DNA from: Eledone cirrhosa
Lineage: Eukaryota
Length of the DNA stretch: 39,090 bases
Assembly (NCBI GenBank): GCA_964016885.1
Contig: CAXHJY010000173.1
Span: 1 to 39,090 of the forward strand
Direction of reading: 5' to 3'
The translations under genes were made by a program, and so were the position numbers. The notes beneath the pieces are model-generated. The model ran no database searches. It saw only the letters and a list, made by a program, of their open reading frames with translations, and was not told the DNA's origin. Position 1 is the stretch's first letter; every line of letters begins with the position of its first letter. Shown here in pieces: positions 13,385 to 26,390 of this stretch.

Positions 13385-13445
13385 TATTTTATCTGATGAG
13401 GGCGTACCAAAGTTTTGGTACCCTTGAAATATATATAATAGAATA
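13385..13445 (+). ncRNA. Type I hammerhead ribozyme motif (right arm of palindrome)
   Basis: tattttat-CTGATGA-gggcgtaccaaa-gt-tttggtaccctt-GAAA-tatata-TA-atagaata. Stem I is 8 bp, stem II is long, and stem III is a palindromic AT run. Confidence 0.8.
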
Positions 13446-13565
13446 AATATGGTTTTATAAATATAGTTGCCATTTATTAATATCATTGATATATATATAT
13501 ATATATATATAAATCCCCTCATACATTTTGTCTATGTATATATGTGTATATACATATATATGTAC

Positions 13566-13706
<141 letters not shown>

Positions 13707-14159
13707 TGCATATATACATATATACATTTGATAGTGAGAGCGGGTTTCCAACAGAATACATTTAACAACTTCAGTTTGTGGTTATTAATGTATTTTCAAA
13801 CTAGACATAGAGTGTAAAAATATGTTAACATAACGTGTGTTCCTCGAGTGTTACAAACACACACGAGTTAAATATTAAACTGATATATCATAACATATTG
13901 TTTTGCTTATAATAATCTAACCAGAACGTTAACAGAATTGTCTATTAATTGTTTAACGTACAGTTTCTTGTTTCAATCACATAACAACATATTTATATAG
14001 ACTAGCAGAAAGACCACCCTCGGGTTGTTTTCTACTAACATGTGTAGTGTGTATATTGATATTATACGCAGGTTGGATATTTTTAAAAATATCCAATACT
14101 AATAATTACCGCTATAACTCCACTGTCCGGGAGCTTCCAACAGCAATGGTTGCATTATT

Positions 14160-14393
14160 TAAGGGTATGTCAATATTTATTTATAAAACTGATCTATATT
14201 ATATTTTAACTGATGAAAGCACACCATAATTTAACTTGGTTTCCTTGAAATATGTATAATGAAATAAATATGGTTTTATAAATATAGTTTCCATTTGTTA
14301 ATATCGTATTTTTACTCCAAATATTTGTTGAGTACTCTATATCAGTTATAAAAATATTTGCTTGTTGTATCCCAACAATTTGAATAGAACTCT

Positions 14394-14395
<2 letters not shown>
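14160..14395 (+). mobile_element. Family A element (arm plus tail) with hammerhead motif 14202-14266
   Basis: tattttaa-CTGATGA-aagcacacca...tggtttcctt-GAAA-tatgta-TA-atgaaata. The flanks match 13360-13490 and the tail ends in (TA)n. Confidence 0.75.
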
Positions 14396-14465
<70 letters not shown>

Positions 14466-14635
14466 GTAAAGGAAGACAGACCGAGGCAAAGACAAGGAGG
14501 GATAGATAGAAAGGTAGATGTAAATGGCGGTTATTAGAGAGAAGAGAACCTATGGGGGAGGGGGAGTATCTGGAAATAAGAAAATTTACGAAAGATAAAG
14601 GAAGGATGGAAAATTAATAAGAAACATATGCGCCC

Positions 14636-15032
14636 GCACACATACACCATACACTCATACACATACACACATACACCATACACTCATACACACATACACA
14701 TACACACATACACCATACACTCATACACATACACTCATACACATACACACATACACCATACACTCATACACATACACACATACACATACACACATACACC
14801 ATACACTCATACACATACACACATACACCATACACTCATACACATACACACATACACACATACACACATACACATACGCACACACTCATGCATAAGTATT
14901 AGGGACAGGATGATAGAGAGAGAGAGACAGGCAGAAAGTGAGAGAGAGAGAGAGAGACGGAGAGAGAGGGAGAGAGATAGAGAGAGAGACAGACATACAG
15001 ATAGAAAGGGAGTGAGAGAGATTGATAGATAG

Positions 15033-15109
<77 letters not shown>

Positions 15110-15235
15110 AAGAGAGAGAGAGACAGACAGACAGAAAGAGAGACAGATAGACTGGCAGAGAGGGAGAAAGAGAGAGAAGGAGAGAGAGAAAGAGAGAGAA
15201 GGAGAGAGAGAGAATGGGGAGTATGAGAGAGAAGA
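14636..15235. repeat. Degenerate (CA/CATA)n, (GA)n and (GATA)n arrays
   Basis: Read directly from the sequence. Confidence 0.9.
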
Positions 15236-15469
15236 AATGAAAAACAAAAAGAATATAAGAAGACAAACGCTAGCTGTATCAAGATAGGTACGGGGGGGGG
15301 GGGGGGTTAAGAAAAAGAAGAAAAGACAAAAGAAAGACAGGAACGACACAAGAACGTCTTCCTCCGTATTTCCTTTCGTTTTAAACTGGCTCTCATCAAT
15401 CTTATTCGCCTTTAAAACACTTTTGATCAGCCTGTAAGCTAATAACGATGCTTGCTTTAAACAACGCCA

Positions 15470-15473
15470 TAGA

Positions 15474-15507
<34 letters not shown>

Positions 15508-16292
15508 GTAGCAACATTTAACAGCAGCAGCAGCAGTGAACAAAATGAAAGTGAAAGTAAGAGAAAAGCAACAACAACAACAACAACAACAACAACAGCA
15601 GCAGCAATGACAACAACAACAACAGCAATGACAACAACAACAACAGCTACAACAGCAATGAAAACAACAAGAGCAATGACAACAACAACAACAACAAGAG
15701 CAATGACAACAACAACAGCAATGACAACAACAACAACAACAACAACAACAGCAATGACAACAACAACAACAGCAATGACAACAATAACAACAACAACAAC
15801 AACAACAGCAACAACAGCAATGACAACAACAACAGCAAATAACAACAACAACAGCAATTACAACAACAACAGCAACAACAACAGCAACAACAACAACAAC
15901 AACAGCGATGACAACAACGACAACAACAACAGCAACAACAACAACAACAACAACAACAGCAACAACAGCAATAACAACAACAACAGCAATGACAACAACA
16001 ACAGCAACAACAACAGCAACAACAACAACAACAGCAATAACAACAACAACAACAGCAACAACAACAGCAACAACAGCAATGACAACAACAACAGCAATGA
16101 CAACAACGACAACAACAACAGCAACAACAGCAACAACAACAGCAACAACAGCAATGACAACAACAACAGCAATGACAACAACAACAGCAATGACAACAAC
16201 AATAACAACATTGACAATGACAACTATAACAGTAACAACAATAACAACAACATTGACTACAAGGACAATAGCATCAACAACAACAACAACAA
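15470..16292. repeat. Degenerate (AAC)n array with AGC/ATG interruptions
   Basis: Read directly from the sequence. The poly-T and poly-N ORFs are repeat translations. Confidence 0.9.
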
Positions 16293-16348
16293 TATATATA
16301 TATTCATTCCAGATATTAACAAAAATAGAACTTCATTGTGATCAAGTA

Positions 16349-16415
16349 TATTTTATTATACATATTTCAGAGGTACTGAGCTAACTTCAGGAGTACGTCC
16401 TCGTCAGATAAAATA
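16349..16415 (-). ncRNA. Type I hammerhead ribozyme motif (family A-like)
   Basis: Minus strand: tattttat-CTGACGA-ggacgtact-cctgaagttagctc-agtacctct-GAAA-tatgta-TA-ataaaata. Stem I is a perfect 8 bp and the core is intact. Confidence 0.8.
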
Positions 16416-16887
16416 AGATGATGCATGACATACCCTGACATAGTAGATGGTTAAGATCCAGTCATGGTAGTGAGTAAGATATGACAAAACTCAATATTTA
16501 TATAACTTAAGATTGAGACATGAAAAAACTTACATATAATACATATAATACAGAGGGTGTGCACCACCACCACCACCACCACCACTCCCACCACCACCAC
16601 CACCACCCACACTCCCACCACTACCACCACCCTATATACGCCCAGTGGTAGATTTGTTCCAATATAAACCCAATACTCACAACACCTGCCATTATTGTTG
16701 ATAGTCAAAGGTCTATTCGTGTTCGGTTCGATATATTTTGTTAGTTTTTATGGGGGGGGGAGTGTGATTGCAGGGGGGGGGGGGGGTAGAGGAGTTGGGG
16801 AGGAGTAATAAATTTGGGGGTTCATAGTTGTATATTTCCTTATTCATCATCATAATCATCATTTTCATCATCATAGTCTTATGTTCC

Positions 16888-17045
16888 TTTATGTTCCGAG
16901 TTCAAATCCTACCGAGGTTAGCTTTGCCTTTCATCTTTTCGAGGTCGAGAAAATAAAGTACCAGTAATACACTGGGGTCGATTTAATCGACTTTCCCCCT
17001 CCCCTTTCAAATAGTTGGCCTTGTGCCAGGCGTAGAAACAATTAT
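16888..17045 (+). mobile_element. tRNA-derived SINE, family 1
   Basis: gagttcaaatcctaccgaggttagctttgcctttcatc...aaataaagtaccagt...ggccttgtgcc. Confidence 0.8.
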
Positions 17046-17064
17046 CTCGTGAGTTCAAATCTAG

Positions 17065-17175
17065 GACTAAGGTAAAATACACTTACAAGGACTTAGGTGG
17101 TCCTGGGACTATGGTAAAATACACTTACAAGGACTTAGGTGGTCCTGGGACTATGGTAAAATACACTTACAAGGG
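17065..17175. repeat. 42-bp tandem repeat x ~2.6
   Basis: ggtaaaatacacttacaagg at 17071, 17113 and 17155. Confidence 0.9.
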
Positions 17176-17395
17176 TTAATCAGCAACAACGATTACAAGA
17201 ACAATAACACCCGCAACAACAACAACAACAACAACAACAACGAGTATACCAACAACAGTAACAACAACAACAACGAAAGTAGCAACAACAAGAGCAGTAA
17301 TAGTAGTGTCGGGCAAGGACAATAACTTGAGCTACAACAACAACAACAACATCATGTACGACAATTGCAGCAACAGTAACAACAACAGAGATGAG

Positions 17396-17436
<41 letters not shown>

Positions 17437-17543
17437 GGAGAGGGGTAAAGGGGGAGAGACAGAGTCTGTCTGTGGTGTTCAGAAACTCAAGAAAGGGTTG
17501 CAGAACATAAGCCGAAACGGCTCGGCGTCGCGGATCTCTACCT

Positions 17544-17637
<94 letters not shown>

Positions 17638-17727
17638 GAGGGTAGTAGCACACTAAAAGCTTTACCCCCCTCACCAGATGGCCTCAAGTAGACCGAATAG
17701 CCAACACTTGAGGGCGACCGGCTAAAG

Positions 17728-18051
17728 TGGAAGATGCTAGATGGTCGGTCATCCTCCTGTCTTTGATTTTCAGCACCATGGATTTTACCTATTACATTCA
17801 TTTATTGTATTTCGAATACCTGATGATATCACCGGATTCATTGAAATGATCATAGTATAATAAACCTTTCAAGGATTTAGACAAGTCCAGCCTCCTGTCA
17901 TTTTATTATAATATTTAACTCCGTAATAGCACCACCAACTACAAAAACGAAGACGGTTGAACTGCTTTACGTTGAGTACTCTCCATATTATTACATTAAG
18001 ATTGACCATACGGAATTGACCAGCTTTATCCAGTGGTGAACCTTCAAACCC

Positions 18052-18052
<1 letters not shown>
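17728..18052 (+). mobile_element. Family C element with hammerhead motif 17816-17858 (stem II partly deleted)
   Basis: Aligns with 23257-23455. The motif is atac-CTGATGA-tatcaccggattcatt-GAAA-tgatca-TA-gtat. Confidence 0.7.
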
Positions 18053-18123
<71 letters not shown>

Positions 18124-18125
<2 letters not shown>

Positions 18126-18625
18126 AGGGCGGGTAAAATTCCCGAGATGCATGGACGAGTTCTCTCCAGCGGTCTCTGTCCCTCATTATCGCTGCCATGT
18201 CCTGCGTCTCCAATAGACCAGTGTCTGTCCTTAGGGCATCAGCATACGTTAACCTTGGTCTTCCATTTCCAGTGTGTCCATGTAGGGGCTTCCACAGGAG
18301 CACTGAGTGCAATGTCAACTCTGGATGTCGTTGAGCATGTCCAGCTAACCTCAGTCTCCTCTGTGTCACTTTTGAGCTGACTTTTGGGAGGCTCCCATAC
18401 AGCTCTGAGTTTTTCATCCTCAGCATTCTCGTGTAGCACCCGTCCACCATCTGAGTGAGTTTCTTGGTCAGTGTCCAAGTCTCAGACCCGTACAGCAGCA
18501 CAGACTCCACTACAGCAATGAAGAGGCGGATTTTCAGGTCTTTACGAAGGTCCGACTTCCACACCGATCTCAAACTGTGGCACGCCGCCCAGGCTTTGCT
18601 CTTCTTCTCAACCACATCATCTTCC
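18124..18625 (-). pseudogene. 5'-truncated non-LTR retrotransposon fragment (RTE-like ORF C-terminus)
   Basis: The translation contains AWAACHSL..VWKS, KIRLF.A.VESVLLYGSETWTL, RMLR, RRLRLAGH and R..WR, typical of RTE-group post-RT regions. It is GC-rich and bounded by (TA)n on both sides. Confidence 0.85.
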
Positions 18626-18999
18626 GTATCTTATATATATATATATTTGAGATATATATATATACAGAGAGAGAGAGGGAGATTGTAATAAGTTGTTACA
18701 AGTATTTCGTTTGAGCAAATAAATAGGTGAAACAACTCTGAAGTCCACACAAATTTATTTTAATACTCTACATTCCAGGCATTCAAGTGGAAATTCCCTA
18801 AAGAAAAAGACAGCATTTTTCTGTTCCAGTTTGTTCTGCAATTCTATCGTTTAGAAAACAGAAGATCGTGTTCGATCTTAGACTGCAGTACATTGGTCGA
18901 GTCCTCTCTATCATAAACGCCAAATTGGTTAAATTTAATAGACAGAAGTTACGTGGAATTTATTTGGAGGGATCGGTATTTTGTTGGTTAGTAGGATGG

Positions 19000-19280
19000 A
19001 TCTCCGGCCATTTCGACGATGATTGCTCATGAAATTAACGAACAAGTGACCGAGGTATACCCTTAATGTAATAATCAGGGATATTTAACGAGTCACAAAA
19101 TGTAATAAGGCTGCCCGTTTGAATTAAAGGTTCATACAGTCCAATGTCTCTCACAAGGTCTTGGTCAATACGAAACTATGATATGATTAATGACACTTGA
19201 TCAAGTTACTACTCAGTGGAATCGAACTCGGGACCTAACGATTAGGTATCGAACTCCTTAACAATTTGGCTATTCTGCGT
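19000..19280 (-). mobile_element. SINE-like repeat (family 2) with tRNA-like head
   Basis: The minus strand reads tagccaaattgttaagg...cccgagttcgattccactg (A/B-box-like). Downstream blocks are shared with the 2855 and 11230 copies. Confidence 0.55.
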
Positions 19281-19475
19281 GTAATTATGGGGTATTAGAG
19301 ATTATGTTCTATTTACAGCTATTTAAACTGAAGTGTATGTAAAGTATTAATGTGGTGTGGTAAATAAATATATACATATACCAGGTCCGAACACAAAGGA
19401 ACCAAACTCCCACTGTCACTGCCTCCGCCTCTCCCGCTCTCTCTATCTTTCAGTATTATAACCGGTAGATTAGGC

Positions 19476-19700
19476 AAGGCGGTGGATTGGCAGTATATGT
19501 AGAGCGTCGGACAACATGCTTCACGGCATAGAGTTACGGCCCTTTATGATCTGAGTTCAAATCCCACTGAGGTTAACTTTGCCTTTCATCCTTACGGGGG
19601 TCGAAAAAGTAAAGTACCAGTTACGCACTGGGGTCGATTTAATCGACTTTTCCCTCCCTCAGAACTGCTGGCCTTGTTTCCTCTATAAGAAACTACTATT
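19476..19700 (+). mobile_element. tRNA-derived SINE, family 1 (near full length)
   Basis: ggcggtggattggcag head, gagttcaaatccc B-box, the core, and an agaaac.attatt tail. Confidence 0.85.
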
Positions 19701-20094
19701 ATGAGCAAATAGGGTCCCACGCGCTGGCAGCCCTGCAGCCCCAGCGGACAGAATAGGGAAGGTATTCTACTTAATCCATCGCCCAAGTTACCATAATAAA
19801 CAGCCAACAAATGGTGTCCAATCTGACAAAAGCTTTGAATTCTGTTTCTAGTGAGAGGAAAACACCCCCCCCCCCCCTCCCGTCCTTCTACCAGTTTTGG
19901 AAGAACTGAAAGAATCACAGGTGGCACCCTTCCTCAGCAAAATATATCATTAACTATAAAGAAGATCGATAAAATAACTACATACAGCCTCACATAAAAC
20001 ATGAAGTTGATTTGATCGATCAAATCCTTTGAAGTCAGACCGACGGTTTGGCCATAGTCCAAACAGCGAAACCAGGATGTAGATAAAAATAAAG

Positions 20095-20140
<46 letters not shown>

Positions 20141-20203
20141 GATAGAAACCATGTTTACGGGTGTGTATGATCGAATAGATGCAAATGAATGTGTAGGTAT
20201 ATG

Positions 20204-20235
<32 letters not shown>

Positions 20236-20260
20236 TAGATATCGATATACCTAGACACTC

Positions 20261-20311
<51 letters not shown>

Positions 20312-20483
20312 GTGTGTATGTATGTTCGTATGTACATGTGTTTCTGCCAGATATATAGATAAACATGTATGTATAGTATTCATATAGGTATGTGTGTGCC
20401 ATTGTATGAATACATGGGCACATACACAAACACACACACACACACACACACTATATATATATATATTTAAGTATATATATATA

Positions 20484-20540
<57 letters not shown>

Positions 20541-20554
20541 TTATATATATATAC

Positions 20555-20609
<55 letters not shown>

Positions 20610-20640
20610 TTATATATATATATTTATAATATATATATAC

Positions 20641-20695
<55 letters not shown>

Positions 20696-20885
20696 TTATA
20701 TGAACACATTCACATGTGTGTTTGTGTGTGTGTATGTGTGTGTTTATACAGAATTTTTTGCAGTTCGTCAAACGTCATTCAACAGAGGGAGCAAACGATA
20801 ATGAGAGAGAGAGAGAGAGAGAACAAGAGAGAGAGAAAGGCAGAGAGAGAGAAGATGGTAGAGACTGAGAGAGAGAGGGGGGGGA

Positions 20886-20979
<94 letters not shown>

Positions 20980-21350
20980 CGAAGGCGTCAATATAAGCCC
21001 CTCCTTTCCCAAACCCAACACTCCGACTGCTGACACGCCTCACGTCTGTCAGTTGACCAATCAAATTTACTCATCAGAAAGATGGACAGGATGATTAATG
21101 GCCGCTTGAGTTGAGGCGTCACGCATTGAAAGAACGTGTAACAGTAACATCAAGAGTTGAAGCTTTCTTTTACATACGTGTGTATGTATACATGCATGTA
21201 TGTATATATGTGTGTATGTATGTGTGTATGTGTGTATGTTTGTAGGTAGTATGTATATATATATATATATATATGTATGTAAGGACGGATTTATACAAGT
21301 ATATATATATATATATATATATATTTTTGTATATATGTGTATATGTAAGT

Positions 21351-21381
<31 letters not shown>

Positions 21382-21427
21382 AACATACATATATAAACAT
21401 GCATATATACGTACATGAATAAGTACT

Positions 21428-21478
<51 letters not shown>

Positions 21479-21536
21479 GTACTTATTCATGTACGTATAT
21501 ATGCATGTTTATATATGTATGTTTATATATATGTAT

Positions 21537-21624
<88 letters not shown>

Positions 21625-21690
21625 GTATTTATTCATGCATGTGTGTATATATATGGTATGCGTTCGTGGTTTTTTGTATAGATACATACA

Positions 21691-21788
21691 CACGGTGTCC
21701 CAAAAAGTATACACACTTTGATTACCTGTCCAGGCAATATTTATTAGAATGCTTTTGAAGCATGTATATACTTTTGGGAGACACCCTG
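21691..21788. mobile_element. Tc1/mariner-type MITE (~98 bp)
   Basis: TIRs cacggtgtcccaaaaagtata / tatacttttgggagacaccctg, followed by TA. Confidence 0.75.
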
Positions 21789-21829
21789 TATAAATATATA
21801 TATTTATATATACATATATATTTTGATAT

Positions 21830-22250
21830 GCTCAAAGTGTGGTAGAGAGAGACCAGAGTTCGATTCCACTGCTGGGTGACTTGGCCCGAGTCAAATTTCA
21901 TGAATTCTAGTTGACCCATACCTTAATAAAACTCTTTAGAGAGATCAATATTTTATCGGGTAGTGAAATGGACCTCAGTCAGTTTCGGCGATGAGTGATC
22001 CATTTCTTCTATAGATGGAATAGTTTGTTCCTTAAATTAAACTGTAAGTAAAGGGACGTATGTCCATTTAGAAACTCATTGGATGAACCGTACCTGTAAT
22101 TGAAAGAGACAGCCTCGTCACATACCCTGTTCCACTGAATCCTCCCAAGGAATTACATGAGTGCGGAATACTCAGCCTCATACACGTTAATTTCGTGAAT
22201 AAACTGCTTTGTTGACTGAACATCTGGAACACTCATCGACGAATTCGACG
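21830..22250 (+). mobile_element. Degenerate SINE-like repeat (family 2-related)
   Basis: gagttcgattccactg B-box near 21857. 22090-22200 is the reverse complement of family 2 blocks (cctgtaattgaaag; cacgttaatttc). Confidence 0.45.
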
Positions 22251-22688
22251 CAAGCCCATTTCACTCTGTAGTGCAGTAATTAGTGGAAACTGATTTATCT
22301 ATTGATGTATTGGTGGCAGAAAACTTTGAAAATCGTTATAGGGAGGTTTTCGTTTCTGATCTTCGGACGGGTTGACAGACAGACAGACAGACAGACAGAG
22401 AGAGAGACAGACAGAAACACACACCCAGAGACAGATAGACAGACATATAGATATATAGATAGATAGAGAGGGGGAGATGGAGATAAGTAAATAGACTTGT
22501 GTATATGTGTACGTATGTATATATATGTATGGATGATTTCATTTTTAGGTGCATACATGCATAAATGTATATATACCCACACACACACATACACACACAT
22601 ATCTATATCTATATCTCTCTCTATATATATATATATAAACACACACATACACAAACATATACACATCTATCCTTTCAACCATCCATCC

Positions 22689-22729
<41 letters not shown>

Positions 22730-22731
<2 letters not shown>

Positions 22732-22889
22732 AAAAAGTATGACCCCGACGGCAGAGCTCAAGCCGTCGAGACGGCTTGAGCTCTGCCGTCGGGATCATAC
22801 TTTTTCCTATTTCCCACTCTACTACCCTAAGTATTGAGTACTCTGGTGCGTTATGATCCACCTGGTTCCTTACCCATTTCCTTTGTTAT
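22730..22889 (+). mobile_element. Family E palindromic element (hairpin 22730-22807 plus tail) in (TA)n
   Basis: Near-perfect 78-bp palindrome, followed by the tail cccactctactaccctaagtattgagtac...ccacctggttccttacc shared with the 28876, 30313 and 38028 copies. Confidence 0.85.
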
Positions 22890-23051
22890 ATATATATATA
22901 TATATTTAGGTTTGTTGGTTCACCACTGGATAGAACTGGTCATTCCGTATGGTCAACCTCGATGTAATATTACGGAAAGCACTCAAGGTAATGCAACTCG
23001 CCCGTCTTCGTTTGTGTAGTTGGTGGTGCGAGTACGGAGTTAATTATTACA

Positions 23052-23246
23052 AGGGCGGTGGATTGGCAGTATCAGTAGAGGGTTGGACACCATGCTTTGT
23101 AGCATAGTTACGTCCCTTTATGGTCTGAGTTCAAATCCCGTCGAGGTTAACTTTGCCGTTCATCCTTACGGGGTCGATAAAATAAAGTACCAGTCATGTA
23201 CTGGAATAATTGCTGGCCTTGTGCCAAAAGTAGAAACAATTATTAT
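23052..23246 (+). mobile_element. tRNA-derived SINE, family 1
   Basis: Head, B-box and core as in the 19476 copy. Confidence 0.85.
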
Positions 23247-23256
23247 AAGGTACGGT

Positions 23257-23455
23257 AGAAGATGCTGAAGATTCGGTTGCACTCGTGTCTCTGATTTTTC
23301 ATCCCCATCGATTTTGTCTATTGTATTCTTATGTTATATTTCAAATACCTGATGATGTCACCGGATTCATACTGAACCCGGTCATTGAAATGATCATAGT
23401 ATAATAAACCTTTCAAGGAAGTACACCAGCCCAGCCTCCTGTTATTTTTATAATA
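23257..23455 (+). mobile_element. Family C element ending in (TA)n
   Basis: Aligns with 17728-17912. Confidence 0.7.
23345..23402 (+). ncRNA. Type I hammerhead ribozyme motif (family C)
   Basis: atac-CTGATGA-tgtc-accgg-a-ttca-tac-tgaa-c-ccggt-catt-GAAA-tgatca-TA-gtat. Stem I is atac/gtat and stem III is the palindrome ATGATCAT. The base of stem II is imperfect. Confidence 0.7.
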
Positions 23456-23477
23456 TATATATATATATATATATATA

Positions 23478-23533
<56 letters not shown>

Positions 23534-24153
23534 ATGGTTGAAGGATAGAAGTGTGTATATTTGTGTATGATTGTATATGGGTGTGTATGCCTTTCTTTGT
23601 CTCCGTGTGTGTTTGTATGTGTGTGTTTGTATGTGTGTGTGTGTGTGTGTGAAATAGGGAAAAAGAATGTGTAGAAGAGAAAGAAACACAGGAAAAAGGG
23701 GAGAACAACAACAACAACAACAACAACAACAGCAACAACAGCACCAACAACAACAAGGGAAATAACAATATCAGAAACAACAACAATAACAACATTAACA
23801 ACAACAAAAGCAACAACAGCAACAACAACAGCAAAAACAGCAACAACAACAGCAACAACAATTAAAATGCAAGTATAAGAAAATCGATGTTTGTTCGTTG
23901 GGTAAGCTTCATCAATCATTAGTGGCAGTAGAGAGAGAGAGAGGGGGGATGGGTGTGGCTGAAGATGTAGGACTGTGGGACATTACAAGGGAGGTGGGTC
24001 TGTGATGGAGCAATGGTGGGGAATGTGTCTTGAAGGAATATAGAGGAAAGTGAGAGAGAGAGAGAGACAGAGTTGTAGTAAAGGAGGGAAAGGAGAGGCA
24101 GACAAAATCTCTTTCTCTCACACTATCTCTCCCTTTCTCTCTCTCTCTTTATA

Positions 24154-24208
<55 letters not shown>

Positions 24209-24330
24209 GTATGTATATATATATATACATACATCATACATATATATACGTATATATATGTATATATATATCTACATACATATATAAATATATATACATA
24301 CATATATATGAATATATATATATATATGCA

Positions 24331-24378
<48 letters not shown>

Positions 24379-24413
24379 TGCATATATATATATACATATA
24401 ACCATATATATAT

Positions 24414-24888
24414 ATATTGTTATACTTTGGGAGGGTCATGTTGCCAATAAGAAACACACGCACCAGTTGCTTTCACTTCAATTTATTATAATAAATTTAT
24501 AAATTTAGGAATTTATAAATTTCCGGTTGGTTGGTTGGTTGGTTCCACAACCGGATGGTTGTTTATATAAAACAAGATGGCGTATGGCGTAGGACAGAAC
24601 AAAGGAGAGGCACAAAAAACAAAGAAAAGAATCCCCAGTCACTGAAGAGGTCACAGAATGTGTGACGAAAGAACTTTGACAATATATAAACAACCATCTG
24701 GTTGTGGAACCAACCAATCAACCGGAAATTTATAAATTCCTAAATTTATAAATTTATTATAATAAATTGAAGTGAAAGCAACTGGTGCGTGTGTTTCTTA
24801 TTGGCAACATGACCCTCCCAAAGTATAACAATATCGGTTTCAACACACGTTTTCAGATAAAGAATCTTGCTAAACAAATGCAGAAACG

Positions 24889-24890
<2 letters not shown>
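24414..24890. mobile_element. Family B palindromic element: ~155-bp inverted arms, ~110-bp spacer, ~55-bp tail, in (TA)n
   Basis: 24414-24570 is the reverse complement of 24683-24834. The tail 24835-24890 matches the reverse complement of 25920-25965. Confidence 0.85.
24638..24680 (+). ncRNA. Minimal type I hammerhead ribozyme motif (family B)
   Basis: gtca-CTGAAGA-g-GTCACA-gaatg-TGTGAC-GAAA-gaac-TT-tgac. Stem I is gtca/tgac and stem II is 6 bp. Confidence 0.8.
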
Positions 24891-24919
<29 letters not shown>

Positions 24920-24968
24920 CTTATATATACACACTCATATATATACATAACTAGATATGTATATATGA

Positions 24969-25126
<158 letters not shown>

Positions 25127-25371
25127 GTAATATTATATTGTTATTCCACGTCTCTCATTTTCGGTCATCAGACTATTATCGTTCGAAGATCGAAAACATG
25201 AAACTCAAAATATTTGTGAATATTAAACTTAATTCAGCATTCAGTTGTAGCGTTTGTTTTGGCTCACAATCAAATAGCCACATGTTTAGCAGTGGTGGTA
25301 CAGGCAGTGGATGTGGTGCTGGTATTGGTTGTGGTGCTGCCATTAATTGTCTTATATATATATATATATTC

Positions 25372-25580
25372 CGTTGCTTAAACCATTTTGTTTGTTACCC
25401 TAACGTCCCCTTTATTTACGTGTCCCAACGACTTTTTTTAGCCGTTGTTCGCACCAACCTGAGGCATATGGCCCTTAAAGCGATGAAATGCCTGGGACGG
25501 TTGGAGGGTCACTGATGAAGGACTCACTTTTTCATATGCACCACCATTTGCAACGGGCAGCCATCATTATTATCATATTT

Positions 25581-25582
<2 letters not shown>
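25372..25582 (+). mobile_element. Family D TA-flanked repeat, second copy
   Basis: Near-identical to 8139-8348. Confidence 0.75.
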
Positions 25583-25612
<30 letters not shown>

Positions 25613-25616
<4 letters not shown>

Positions 25617-25670
25617 TCAGAAGATCCCGTTAAGCAATTCTGCTTAAACTTTAATCTGTTCTTATAATAT
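25613..25670 (-). mobile_element. Family F fragment
   Basis: gaagatccc.ttaag...gcttaaactttaatctgtt is the reverse complement of 29750-29805 with a deletion. Confidence 0.6.
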
Positions 25671-25686
25671 TCTGATAATATATATA

Positions 25687-25913
<227 letters not shown>

Positions 25914-25919
25914 ATATAT

Positions 25920-26125
25920 TAGTTTTGCGAGGTTTTTGATATGAAATCGTGTGTCGAAACAAATATTGTTATAAATATTATATTTGTTATAACAAATATT
26001 GTTATAAATAAATAAATAAATAAATAAACAGACTAAATAAAGATGGCGTAGGCATACAATACAACAGGAGGAAATATAATAGCACCACTGACGATGTTGC
26101 AGATGTGCAACGAAAGAACTTTGTT

Positions 26126-26204
<79 letters not shown>

Positions 26205-26390
26205 GTCTATATTATATCTGTGTTTTTGACCGTTGGTCAGTCAATGCTAACATTGAGGACCGAATCAATTAAATTAACCGATATAAAAGACACAGAAGCG
26301 AAAACCAACCAAACAGTGAGTGTGTTCTGTTATTAATTCTGGCAATATTATTACACAAATATGACCCTCCCCAAGTATAACAATATATAT
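25920..26390. mobile_element. Family B element (tail on left, collapsed arm, internal TA expansion)
   Basis: Shares aagatggcgta, gaaagaactttg and atgaccctccc.aagtataacaatat with 24414-24890. Confidence 0.75.
26084..26125 (+). ncRNA. Minimal type I hammerhead ribozyme motif (family B)
   Basis: acca-CTGACGA-t-GTTGCA-gatg-TGCAAC-GAAA-gaac-TT-tgtt. Stem II covaries with the 24638 copy. Stem I has one mismatch. Confidence 0.75.

Larger units (their letters stand above)
13052..13492. mobile_element. Family A palindromic element: ~350 bp inverted repeat (13141-13492) plus ~85 bp tail, in (TA)n
   Basis: atatcaatgatattaataaatgg at 13141 is the reverse complement of ccatttattaatatcattgatat ending at 13492. 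The apex is near 13315. The tail 13055-13140 matches the reverse complement of 14300-14392. Confidence 0.85.

Noticed and set aside
15448-16341. 297-aa Thr/Asn-rich ORF
   Set aside because: It is a degenerate (AAC)n array, and the frame switch from poly-T to poly-N shows no coding constraint.
19476-19570. tRNA genes at SINE heads
   Set aside because: Only A/B-box-like remnants are present, without a cloverleaf, and they are attached to repeated SINE bodies.
21005-21085. Minus-strand CTGATGA at 21071-21077
   Set aside because: I could not build a convincing stem II closure, UH or stem I.
25150-25180. Minus-strand CTGATGA-cc-GAAA
   Set aside because: There is no room for stem II and no UH/stem I arrangement.
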